Below, one piece after another: positions 13,406-25,874 of a DNA stretch of 64,000 nucleotides. A model generated the notes under the pieces. That model ran no database searches. It was not told where the DNA came from and worked only from the letters and a program-made list of their open reading frames with translations. How positions within the stretch are numbered: the stretch's first letter is position 1; each line of letters begins with the position of its first letter. Position numbers and translations under genes: made by a program. Source of the DNA: Octopus sinensis (taxonomy: Eukaryota); contig NC_043006.1 of assembly GCF_006345805.1 (NCBI RefSeq), positions 23,684,001 through 23,748,000 on the forward strand, read 5' to 3'.

Positions 13406-16400
13406 CATCATCGTCAACATTAATGAAATGCTGACCATGGACTAAACATGTCAGAAGGTTCATAGGCAGTGGGAGGGCGGGGGGCTATGCAGTTGCTGAG
13501 TGGTATCCAAGTGATGAGTAAATACCCCTCAGAAGGCCTCCATGAAAATGCAAAGACAATTTAGCTGAATGATGTGCAACAAGATAGGAACGAAAACATT
13601 GGAAAGGCATTGTGATCAGCAGTGTATAACAACATTCAATAGTTGCTCACATGTACTAGGAATATAGTAAAATATATTTACTGAAGGTGACATGCAGAGG
13701 GACTGAACCCAGAACCACATGATTGGGGAAGCATACTCTTTACCCATACAGCCATACCAACACCTAAACTCTCAACTTCATTAATTCAATGCTTCTTTAT
13801 ATTAACAAAACTCTTGACCCCTCACTACATGATCTATAAAAACATGTGTTTCTCCAGAATTATTCAATGATTTCCAGTACACAATGAGAAATACAATTAC
13901 AGATGAGTAATTACAGGTAGAGAGATATACCTGACCAATGTGTCTTCACAATAACAAGAAAACAAACACAAAAAAATTACGGAATAATCTGAGACAGTCA
14001 CAAATTAATGTTATCTCTTCGCTTTATTTTACTTCACATTAAAACGCAATTGAGAATCATCGTTCATCGTTTGTTTTGGGGTTTTATTTTTCTTTTTTTT
14101 TTTTAAATAACAGATCTATTATTTATTTGTAATCGTTAAAGTTTATTTGACGCAACTGAATTTCCTCAGTAAGAGGACAAAAGAAAAAAATCAAAAAAAC
14201 TGTTTGCATTGTTTAAAGAATTGTGGTTAAGTTTTAAAATATATTCTTTATATTAGGTAGCGCATCGATTTTTAGGGAGTTGGTCTTTGTTTTTATAAAC
14301 GTAATATAATACTTGATATGGGGCGCGCGCGCACACATACATTATGTATATACACACATGTGTATATGAATGTGTGTGTGTATATGTGTATATGTATATA
14401 TATAGTTACATACATACATATATGCATTCATTCTATAGTGCAAATATACACATAAGAATGTGTATGTATGAAAAATTTTATAATAAAAATATTCAAATAT
14501 ATAGATATATTCCTTTGCATTTCGAAAAGAAAAAATAATTTTTTAAATTTAATTTCATTTCCAAATCAATCCTCGTAACATGTAGACATAACTATTTCAA
14601 ATATATATAGGTTTTTCTTTTTCCTTTTTCTGTTTTTTTTTTCTTCTACATACTTCAAAAATCCTCAGCTCAATAAATATTAGCAGACAAGATCTGAAAG
14701 AAAACACACACACACACACAGAGGCAAAATATGTAAAGGAAGTTGTAACCTCCGTCTATTCGGTGCCAATCAGCAGTTATGAAAAAATATACAACACTAG
14801 CATAGGGCACAAGGGAGCTAATTCTGAATATAAAGGGTGGATTGAACCAGTGATTCAGTCTTCCTTTCTAAATGCCTTCACATCATCTATTTGTATCCAA
14901 ATCAAAAATTGCCATTCTGCTATAACTGCAACAAGGTCACCTTGTTCGTTATTCCCATCCTAACCTAGCAAACTATGATCAAAAGCATTCCAGCCTAGGC
15001 CATCCTGTCTTTTGGGAGTTTTCTTTTTTTATATTTGTTCTTTCAGTTAAAGCTAGAATTACATTATACAATAAGTCCTTCCATTTTTTTTAAACAAGGT
15101 CTGGTTTGAAAGAGAAAATATGCAGCTCTTTCTCATGTGTTGAGTGATCACAAAGCACTTCCCTCATTCAACCAAGTAAATTTTGACTTGGTAGAAAGTA
15201 AATTAAAATTTTAATTTGACCATATACAGTAGGTAGAGAAGCTCTCAAACATAAACCCAACCATTGTAAGTGAAGCTAGAAAAAAAGGCTTTCAAGGATA
15301 TTTTGAACTAAACAAACTACTTGGTGACCTTTATAAGACACAAAGTGACATCCAACACCGTCAAAAGTCAATGGACCATGGTGTGTCAAACTAAATGCTC
15401 AATACTATTTCATGTCATCTCCCTCTCTAAGTTCCAAGTCAAAATCCTGTTGACCTCAGCTTTTGCATTTCATTTTTCTCTCGGACAGACATCTTCTACC
15501 AATTTGCCATTCTGCAAATGTGCCATTTACTTTTAAGTTTGTCGAAAAATGCCATATATTTAGAAATCTTCAGCATTTATAAAGCACTACACCACTGTAA
15601 TGTGCATTTCTCTGTGACAAAGTGCATGGTGTGCACCCTTTTTTTTAATTTTAAATAATTTTAATGTTTTTTTTTAATTTTAAATAATTGAACTTTTAGG
15701 AAATCAATGTTAAAATGTCACACTTTGAGAATACTATTCAAGTACAGTGGATCGAAATAGGTTGAAACTCGCTGCTCTAGAGTCAAATATGATAAGTAAC
15801 ATCATGAATTGAGGTCATTTAAATAAATTAAATCTGTTACCAATAAAAAAAAATTGAACTGGGTCAACTATGGAACTGTGTCAGTGACCAGTTTAATCAA
15901 GGTACTCATAACTGACCAAGTGCGTCAACCTTTTAGATTTAAACTGGCCATATTTAGCCCAAAGATTCTATCGGTTTTATGTTCAAAATGGCCAGGTCCA
16001 GCCTCAAACACCTAAAAATAAACTATCACATTACTGAAATCATCAAGCTACAAGGCAATGCATAGTCAATTCAAAAGAATGTAACTACAGAAGCAGCACA
16101 TAATAGCTGAAGGGTTCAGGAATGGACAAGGCATTAATCAACTGATTTGGGGGCCTGTCTCACAAATTGCTGCTATATTGACAGAGAGTGTCATTGCTTT
16201 TGAATTTACTAATTTTCATAATTATCTTGCACTGCTCGCACATGTGTGCGTGTTTTCCAATTAAATCTTATTTTAACGGATTATTTTTTGTTGTTCTCTA
16301 TTTTATTTTCAGTTGAAATAGTTATGTTCGTTAATTTCCTGAGATTACAATTTGAAAAAAATATTTTAGCAAGAAAATTACTAATTATAACTGCCATTAA

Positions 16401-16599
16401 AAGACGATTATTATTATGACTTATTTCCTTTTTAATTCTCAGATCTCTTGTTATTATTTGTTCCAGTTAGTTCCATAAGAGGGGACAGCAACCTGTTGTC
16501 AAAGGTCTCACAGGGTCTCTTTGCACAATACTTAACACTCAAGTAACAATCTCAAAATCCTTGCTGTCCCCAATAGAGAAGTTCTTTTTTATTATTACA

Positions 16600-16631
<32 letters not shown>

Positions 16632-17527
16632 GTAATTATTTAATAATAATTGTATTTTACTATCATCATCATTACCATATAATAAATAAGGAAATTATAG
16701 AAAGTATAGTTATTTTTTTATCTGTAACCTCGTTACAAAATTTACAGAGCATAGCCTGGTAAATGAACAAAGAAAATATCAGTTAGTCTCAGGTTCTGCT
16801 GATATACCTGGTGAGAGTCAGTCCCTTGACATCACCACTCATGGCGATTTAAGGGTCACCAGGTAAATACAGCAGTTTCCTTGGCTTCACAAGAGAGCCA
16901 GACCAAAGTGTGAACATAGAGTTGAGCAAGTAAACTCAGCAAATGTTGAGCTATCGAAAGGAGAGGAGCGACCACAGCTATCACTCGCAAGTGAGGAGGA
17001 CTTGGTTGTAAGTGCCAGGCTTTTATTGATAAGTATTTGTATGCCCATGTAGTTGCGAGTAGACATAGAAACTTTCTCAGCCCTCGTGCCCTTAACCCCA
17101 GCAAAACATCAAGGATATGACAGCTGGAGGGTAAGATGGTTGCACAGGCAGTCAAGTGGTGCTCATTTGCAGCTGAGTTGAGAGGAACACTATGACAGGA
17201 AGTGCCTTGCTCAAGGACACAACACAACACCCAGTTCAAGAATTGAACCCTACACCTTTATAATCATGTGGTCATATTCTAACCACTAGGAGGCGAGCCT
17301 TCACTGAGCTGAATGGGTAAACCTACTGAGTCAGCCAGTCAATCAATTTGCCCTTACTTTAGGGACCCTTAGAATTATAACCAATTTATTGCACCTAAAT
17401 TTTAACAGTAAATTCTTATATGGACCCCCAAAGATCATTCGGACACTGGTTGAGAATCACTGCCTTAGTTAGGAAATCTAACAAGTCAGTCTGCTGTGAA
17501 TTCAGTTAGTATACCCATAAAATTTAA

Positions 17528-17734
17528 CCCTTTCATTACCAACGCAGCTGAAATCGCCTCTGGCTCTGAGTACACATTTCTTGTTTGAATTAAAATCTTC
17601 CACCAAACCTTAGTCACAATTTATGTTCCTAACACTAGCTTAATAACTAAGTTATTTTACTAAATTTCTTTGTTATATTTAAATTAATTGAAAGAAACAC
17701 AGAGCATCTCAACAGAAATTCAGTAACAAAAGGG
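17528..17734 (-). mobile_element. piggyBac-type MITE (CCCTTT termini, TTAA TSD)
   Basis: TTAA|CCCTTTCATTAC...GTAACAAAAGGG|TTAA; reverse orientation to the copy at 18886. Confidence 0.85.
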
Positions 17735-18600
17735 TTAATTAGCCCTGGGTTAACTCAAAGAAACCAGCTGAACCAGTTACTTCTAGATTCATATTCATTA
17801 ATACAGGATTTAAACTCACTACAGCTCATTTATCCCAATAGGAATCAGACTAACCCAGTGAGAATCAGTTACCTCTGAGTATAACCTTGCTGGGGTTATT
17901 AGACCAAACACAATCAGTAACCCATACTAACATAATTACATATTAAAATAACATCCTATTCCAACATAACATTAATAATGATGATGATGATGACAATAGC
18001 GATGATGATGATAATAACAGTTCCATGTTTAATATAATATCAATCATAATAATTAATAATGGTTCAATTGGACCGCAGTTGGAAGGAAGAAGGACAGTGT
18101 CACTTCCAAAAACAAATAAATATGTTAAAAAAAAATTTTCCCTTTAGGGAGAAGGGGAGAGGCAAAACAAAAAACATAGCATTACACCATCAGTGTTAAG
18201 GGTTTGAGGGCCAAGAAAGTGTTTACATCTACTCGCAACTACATGGGCATAAATATCATTTTTTTTTCTTCATCTTTAGATTATCAGGGGTGCAGCTTAC
18301 AAATGAAATGAAAATATCAAAAACAAAATAAAAGAGGGGGAGATTTCTAGATTATCCCTGTATGGCTATGTTAACCTTTGACCAACCATACAACCACTAC
18401 TATACCCTCGTATCCTACAGATGTCTTGTAAATGATAACAGAATGGAAAAGTGAGGGGATCAAAATATTTACTATCATCATTATTATTATTATTATATTA
18501 TTATTATTATTATTAAAGAATCTCTTTTTAAAAAATTATTTAATTTAGAAATAAAAATTAAATTAAAACAAACTTATTGACACATTCGTTGTATGTGTAC

Positions 18601-18880
18601 ACTTATATGTGTGTGTATGTGTTTGTATGACTAAATATATACACACACACACACATATATATATGTATCTATATATGTGTGTGTTTATATGATTAAATAT
18701 ACACATATATATGTATCTATATGTGTGTGTTTATATAACTAAATATATACACACACACACATGTGTTTATATAATTAAATATACATATATGTATATGTAT
18801 CTATATATGTTTGTATGAGTGTGTGTTTATATAACTTAATATACACACATATATATATGTATGTGTGTGTGTGTGTGTGT
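18601..18880. repeat. Higher-order minisatellite (~45-55 bp unit) built from TA/TG/CA microsatellite
   Basis: About five repeats of GTATCTATAT..GTGTGTTTATAT(G/A)A(T/C)TAAATATA. Confidence 0.7.
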
Positions 18881-18885
18881 ATTAA

Positions 18886-19099
18886 CCCTTTCGTTACTGT
18901 ATTTATTTTGAGATGCTCTGCATTTCTTTCAATTATTTTAAATATACCAAAGTATTTAGTAAAATAACTTGGTTATCATTAAGCTAGTGTTAGGAACATC
19001 AATTGTGACTAAGGTTTGGTGGAAGATTTTTATTCAAAACTTATGAAAATAAAACATTTGTACTCAGAGCCGGTTTCAGCCGGGTTGGTAACGAAAGGG
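18886..19099 (+). mobile_element. piggyBac-type MITE (TTAA TSD)
   Basis: TTAA|CCCTTTCGTTAC...GTAACGAAAGGG|TTAA. Confidence 0.85.
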
Positions 19100-19269
19100 T
19101 TAAAGTTGTGTTTTGACTGGAGGGGGCTTCAAGTTTCAGTTGATGGTTCATCCAACCAGAGTTGAAAAAGTCAACAAACAGAAGCTGAAGTATGGGTTGA
19201 AACTAGTGTTATACGATACATTTGACTATTTACATTTGACGGATATTTGTCCTCATCTTGTTTGTTGTT

Positions 19270-19317
19270 AACACAACGTTTCAGCTGAGATATACCCTCC
19301 AGCCTTCATCAGGTGTC
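19270..19317 (-). ncRNA. Minimal type I hammerhead ribozyme motif
   Basis: GACAC-CTGATGA-A-GGCTG..CAGCT-GAA-ACGT-T-GTGTT: complete core, palindromic ACGU stem III, GUU cleavage triplet. Confidence 0.7.
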
Positions 19318-19365
19318 TTTGGGGAAATTTCAAACCTGGATCCTCATTCCTAAGGTATTTTTCAA

Positions 19366-19409
<44 letters not shown>

Positions 19410-19630
19410 TCACTGCCTGGAACCGAACATGAATTTTGAGGTTAGCAGCCCATGCTCTTAACCACTACACCACATGCCCGTGGGCGTATGGTGTAGTGGT
19501 TAAGAGTGCAGGCTACTAACCCCAAGAACCGAAGATTCCAAGTTCGATTCCAGGCAGTGTCCTGAATAATAATAATAATAACATCGAAAAATACCTTAGG
19601 AATGAGGACCCAGGTTCGAAATTTCCCCAA

Positions 19631-19676
19631 GACGCCTGAAGAGGGCTGGAAGGTATATCAGCCGAAACGTTGTGTT
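19631..19676 (+). ncRNA. Minimal type I hammerhead ribozyme motif
   Basis: GACGC-CTGAAGA-G-GGCTG..CAGCC-GAA-ACGT-T-GTGTT. Confidence 0.7.
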
Positions 19677-21287
19677 AACAACAAACAAGATGAGGACAAA
19701 TATCTGTTAAATGTAAATAGTGTACATAATTCCTCATCTCTTAAATATAAAACTGTAACATTTGACTATTTATTGTATTTGTTGAATCCCTGCCACCATT
19801 AGGAAATGTTCTGCTGTTCTTCAAATTCCTTTAAAACAACAAACCTAACATTAACATATGTATTTGTTTAACACATTTTATATCATACACACATGAAGAC
19901 ATGTGGCTTAGTTGTCAGGGTGTTCGGCTCACAATCAGAAAATTGTGAGTTCAATTCCCAGTGGTGCATTGTGTCCTTGAGCAAGACACTTTATTTCATG
20001 TTGCTCCAATCCACTCAGCTGGCAAAAATGAGTGGTACCTGTATTTCAAAGGGCCAGCCTTGTCACATTCTGTTTCACACTCCATCTCCCTAAGGACTAC
20101 ATTAAGGGTATGGGTGTGTGTGGAGCACTCGGCCACTTGCAAATTACTTTCACAAGCGGCTTGGCCCAGTGATCGGACCAACTTGAACCCTTGTCACTGT
20201 AACTGACAGTTTTTTTTTTTTTATCACACATACATCTGTTTCTACATGTGTGTGTGTGTGCGTGAGTGTATGCACACACATGCACACAATATTTTATGAA
20301 ATCTAAATTCTACAGAATTGAAAAAGAAAAAGCAAAAAATAACCAAGTAAAATAAGGACCCCTTAAAAACTCCAAAAATTAAAAATCTAAAAAAAATCTT
20401 CCTGAAATAATTATCATAAATAATGATATACAATTTGTAAATTCATATTAGTAAATATGAATATGAGAGAGAGAGAATGAGAGGGAGACAGAGGGTGGAA
20501 GGTAGGAGGAAGGGAGCAAGTATTTTTTTTTTATCTGAAAAGAAAATCTGAGTTTTTAAATATTACGTAAACAAACAAATTGAAAATACAAGTGAAAAGA
20601 ACAATAAATATAGATATAATAAACAGGTGCTTGAAAATATTAGATGTGATATCATGTGACATTGTCTAAGATCTCACTTCCGGAAAATTCATACTGTTAT
20701 AATTATTCCAAGTAAATAAATGAATAAATAATTAGTTTGAAAATAAATTTTGATAAATGAACAGATATATGCATGCACGTGCACATATAATTGGAGAGGC
20801 ATGCACAGAAATGCACATATGTGTTATAATGACGACCCACATGCATGAAAGAGATGGACCAGACACATGCAGAATCACATGTGCACAGCAGGACAGACAG
20901 ACACACAAACACACAGAGTAAAACAGATGAATGGAAATACACACACACACATGAAGAAAGATATACACAGAGTCATACACACACAGATGGACAAAGACAG
21001 ACACAAATAGACAGACATATATACACACATTGGTTCAAAGACATTAATAAATAGACAAAAAAACAAATGAATGCACATCAACCCAAGTGGTAAAACAACA
21101 AACAACAAAAAAAAACATGCACAAAAGTAACAGTTTCCTCCTTTGCCCCACCCCTCAGAGTGTGTTCATTAGAGTTCGTCATCAAAAGGAAATAAGTTGT
21201 ACCACTCATGGATCCTGTCCCAGAAGAGGAAACTGCTGAAAGTCAAAAAGCCCAAAGGGATGAGAAGTTTTAAATGGCGATAGAAAC

Positions 21288-21500
21288 CTTGCTGTTCGTG
21301 TCCGGCATTGTCGTAGAGGATGTTCTGCTGGCGTTGTACTTCGTTGCGCAGTGACGTCACCTCGCTCTCAGACAGCTGCAGGTCATGCACCTGGTTACGC
21401 AATGTCTCGTTCTCCATGATTAGGACAGCCTCCCGGTCCTCGTGGTCCTTCAGCTTACTGCTCAGGGACTTGCGCTCCTCCGTGAAGCCTTCCACCAATC
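21288..21500 (-). CDS. AKAP9/PCNT: Exon 9 (213 nt, phase 1 to 1): GLVEGFTEERKSLSSKL...NILYDNAGHEQQ
   Basis: Acceptor ctattttcag; donor AAG|gtttct is weak, so the 3' end is less certain; resembles recalled AKAP9 GVIDGYADEK...AEAGPVEQQ. Confidence 0.85.
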
Positions 21501-22824
21501 CTGAAAATAGTGTCCGCACAGAGGGGGGGGGAAAGAAAGGAAAGGAAAAATGTAGAAATGAAATAACAGCCAAGGTTCCAATGAACACGCTCACTTTCAC
21601 ACTGTTACACATCAACACCAAAACAATATTTTAACTTTTAGATGATCTTGTGCAAAACCAGGCTTGAAGGCATCTGTAGTGTAAGGGACAACTATAAAGG
21701 AAAGAATGGAGCTACAGATTCAAGAGATGTTGATTGACAGAAAGCTTAAAGGACTGGTTATCACAACCAGAGAAAAACAAGGCGATTGTAGGGAGTTGCA
21801 GAGGGCAACTGTTCGAGGGAAGGAACAAGAAGAATAAAAGGAAGGTCAACAGAGAAACCATGTGTCTGAGAGAAGTGAGTCTCATATTTAAAGGACTTGA
21901 TGCGGGGTACAAGACCAGAAAGTTCATCACAGCAATGATCATGGAAATACTTAGAGAAAAGTCATGGCAAAGATACATTTTAATGATGAGCCAAAAACTC
22001 CCAAGAAAGCACAAAATTCTAGATTAACACAATAAGCTTTGGTAAACTTTGACCCACCATACTACTACTACTGCAACACCCCACCCTAATCTGGTAGGTG
22101 ATACTAGGATATTATAAAATCTGCTAATACACAAGGTGTGTGTCACTCTGGGAAAGTGGCTTCTATTATAGCCCTAGGCCAACCATAGCCTTGTGAGTGG
22201 ATTTGGCAGATAGAAACTTTGTGGAACCCCAATAGTGTGTGTGCCTGTGTAGATATATAAGTGTGTATGAGTGTATATATGTTTCTCTTCTGACTTTATG
22301 CAATTGTTGTAAATGTCCTTAATTTTCAATCTTTTGTGAAAACATGTCTGGCCATGTGGTGAATATTCCCCAGCCTGGAAACAAGATGAGGATTGGTGAT
22401 GGGAAAGGCAGCTGACCAAAGGAAATCTTCCTCAACCAATTCTGTCTGACCCATGCAAGCATGAGAAAGTGGACATTAAAACGAGGATGATGATGATGAT
22501 ACACTCATCCAGTTTTTATGAAGTTGAAGAAAGGTTTGGCTGTTATTTCTATCGGATTCATTAATTATGTAGAGGGTCCTTCACTCAATATCTCACACTG
22601 AGTCCAGACAAACATCCAGATATCTGCCATACTCCCAGAACAAAACAACGGTAACAACAACAGCACCCTAAAACATTATCTACTCCAATATTAACTTGGC
22701 CCTAGAAGAATGAAAAACAAAACAGACTTTGCTGGGATTTGAACTTAGAATGTAAAAAGATGAAAATAAATACCACAGGGAATTTTGTCCCACACCCTAC
22801 CAATTCTGACACATCATCACTCTT

Positions 22825-22859
<35 letters not shown>

Positions 22860-23510
22860 CCTTACTATTATAGGCACAAGGCCTGAAATTTAGGGGGAGG
22901 GGACTAGTCGATTTCATTGACTCCAGTGTTTCACTGGTACTTAATTTATCAACCCCAAAAGGATGAAAGGCAAAGTTGACCTTGGTGGAATTTGAACTCA
23001 GAACATAGCAATGGGCAAAATGCAACTAAGCATTTCGTCCAGCAGGCTAATGATTCTGCCAGTTGGTTACCTTCAATAATAATAGTAGTAATAATAATAA
23101 TAATAATGATGATAATAATAATAATAATAATAATGATGATAATAATGATAATAATGGTTTCAAATTTCGCCACAGGGGCAGCCATTTTGCGGGAGAGGGC
23201 TAGTCAATTACATCGACCCCAGTGTTTCACTGGTACTCAATTTGTCAACCCCAAAAGGATGAAAGGCAAAGCCCCTTAGCGGAATTTGAACTCAGAATAT
23301 AAAGACAGACGAAATACCGCTAAGTATTTCACCCAGCGTGCTAACAATCCTGACAGTGGCTGTGTGGTAAGTAGCTTGCTTACCAACCACATAGTCCTGG
23401 GTTCAGTCCCACTGCATGGAACCTTGGGCAAGTGTCTTCTAGTATAGATTCAGGCCGACCAAAGCCTTGTGAGTGGATTTGGTAGACGGAAACTGAAAGA
23501 AGCCTGTCAG

Positions 23511-23546
<36 letters not shown>

Positions 23547-23783
23547 CACACACACACACACACATGTATATGTTTGTGTGTCTGTTTGTCCCCCAATACC
23601 GCTTGACAACCGATGCTGGTGTGTTTATGTTCCTGTAACTTATCGGTTTAGCAAAAGAGACCGATAAAATAAGTACTAGGTTTACAAAGAATGGGTCCTG
23701 GGGGTCGATTTGCTTGGCAAAAGGTGGTGCTCCAGCATGGCCACAGTCAAATTCATAAAAAAGAATACAAAGCTTCACTGTAC

Positions 23784-24014
23784 CTTGAGATTTGTGCAGC
23801 TCTAATGCAAGTTGCTCCCTGGCATTTATCTCTTGTTTCAGTTGCTCTGTCAAGTCTTGTAGACGCTGGCTCCTGTCCTGGGCCTCACTATCTCTCATGT
23901 TTAACGTATCCATCAGTTCTTGTTGGACGCTCTTGGAGTCCAACAACTGTTGAGTTGTCTCCTCCATCATCTCCAGAAGACGCATGATAGAGGTCTGAAT
24001 ACGGTTGCTTGTAT
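23784..24014 (-). CDS. AKAP9/PCNT: Exon 8 (231 nt, phase 1 to 1): DTSNRIQTSIMRLLEMMEETTQQL...QEINAREQLALELHKSQ
   Basis: Acceptor cttcttgtcccacag, donor AAG|gtacag; clear similarity to recalled AKAP9 SSRLQAAVEKLLEAISET...EESRAREQLAVELSKAEG. Confidence 0.9.
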
Positions 24015-24786
24015 CTGTGGGACAAGAAGAGCAAAGGGTCACAAAGGTTTTAAATGTTTTAGCATAAAGCTTTCGACAAACTTCAAATGAAACAATTAAA
24101 ATAATACGTGTAAATGTTAACATCACTGACAATCAACACCATGATACAAGGGACTGAATCTTACCCTATGAAGCTGTCAACCATCACATCAACATAATAA
24201 TTTCAATGCCATAGACACAAAATTCTTTACAGAAACAGAGATACCATTATATCCACACAATACTGCCAATATCCATCAATATCAAAACACAAATTTACCA
24301 GCACTCACCTAAATCACAAAACAATATTGCCAAAAATCAACATGACACCAGACCACCAGCAACACTACAACAGGACACTGCTGTAAACATCACAACACAG
24401 TACTTGCCAACCTCACAACGCAGTACTTTCGACTTCTGATCAATAACACAACAAAGAACTTATCAGGTTACTTATAATTCTTGTTTACTTTTTGTTGCTT
24501 TACACAAAACAGACATTAACCATTTCATTACTGTATTTCTGTTGAGATGCTCTGAGTTTCTTTCAATTAATTTAAATATAACAAAGAATTTAGTAAAATA
24601 ACTTAGTTATCATTCAGCTAGTGTTAGGAACATAAATTGTGAAAATAAATATATACAAATTATAAAAATAATTTTAAATATATACAGTACAGTACTGTTT
24701 CTACTTTGCGGATTTTCACTTATCGTGGGAGGTTTTTGCAAACGTAACACCCGCGATAGTTGAGGGATTAATATATATATATATAT

Positions 24787-25126
24787 ATAAAAGATGGAGG
24801 CAGAAATAGCACAGAAGTAAGTCTAAGACATTTCAATTTAAGAGGGGATTTAATAAAAATGATTTTAAGAAATTTTTATATAAAGAAAAATAGTACTGGT
24901 TTCAATGAATCTTATCTTATCAAATGTCAGCAAAAGACATGTTCTTGACCCCTAGACAGAAGATAAACTGTTTTTACTTCAAATTTTAATAAATTTTTAC
25001 TGATATTTGATACAATGACATTCATCAAAACCAGTGATATTTCCTTTATATAATAATTTTTTTAAAATCATTTTTATTAAACTCCCTCTTAAATTGAAAT
25101 GTACTATTTCCACCTCCATCTTTTAT
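24787..25126. mobile_element. AT-rich fold-back MITE with ~150 bp imperfect arms in TA context
   Basis: ATAAAAGATGGAGG..CATTTCAATTTAAGAGGG is mirrored by CCCTCTTAAATTGAAATG..CCTCCATCTTTTAT. Confidence 0.7.
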
Positions 25127-25411
25127 ATATAAAAAATTTGATTTGTATAGATCTCTAATCTTTTTTCAACTATATATATATATATATATATTCTTTTATT
25201 TGTTTCAATCATTTGATTGTGGCCATACTGGAGCACCACCTTTAATCGAACAAATCGACCCCATGACTTATTCTTTGTAAGCCTAGTACTTATTTTATCG
25301 GCCTCTTTTGCTGAAGTGCTAATGTTACGGGGACCTAAACACACCAACATCAGTTGTCAAGTGATGGTGGAGGGACAAACACAGACACACAAATACATAC
25401 ATACATACACA

Positions 25412-25445
<34 letters not shown>

Positions 25446-25447
<2 letters not shown>

Positions 25448-25611
25448 CATGCTTCTTTCAGTTTCCTTCTACAAAATCCACTCACAAGGTTTTGGACGGC
25501 CTGAAACTATAGCAGAAGACACTTGCCCAAGATGCCATGCAGTAGGACTGAACCCAGGACCATTTGGTTGGGAAGTAAGCTTCTTACCAAGCAGCAACTC
25601 CTGCATACAAG

Positions 25612-25646
<35 letters not shown>

Positions 25647-25828
25647 TTATATATATATATGACATGCTTCTTTCAGTTTCCTTCTACAAAATCCACTCAC
25701 AAGGTTTTGGACGGCCTGAAACTATAGCAGAAGACACTTGCCCAAGATGCCATGCAGTAGGACTGAACCCAGGACCATTTGGTTGGGAAGTAAGCTTCTT
25801 ACCAAGCAGCAACTCCTGCATACAAGCA
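25446..25828. repeat. Tandem duplication of a 168 bp SINE-A head segment (25446-25613 and 25661-25828)
   Basis: Two copies identical by eye, each bounded by (TA)n. Confidence 0.9.
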
Positions 25829-25833
25829 TATAT

Positions 25834-25874
<41 letters not shown>

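Larger units (their letters stand above)
19218..19772. mobile_element. Head-to-head palindromic retroposon (tRNA-like head, (AAT)n, hammerhead) with a 15 bp TSD
   Basis: Arms 19226-19479 and 19482-19720 are reverse complements; ACATTTGACTATTTA occurs at 19218-19232 and 19758-19772. Confidence 0.85.

Noticed and set aside
13511-13568. C/D-box snoRNA (GTGATGA...CTGA)
   Set aside because: Only 58 nt, no terminal stem, antisense to the host transcript, and the motifs are frequent by chance
19482-19562. Functional tRNA gene
   Set aside because: A/B boxes are present but acceptor and anticodon stems pair poorly, and it is fused to a repeat body; treated as a SINE-type head
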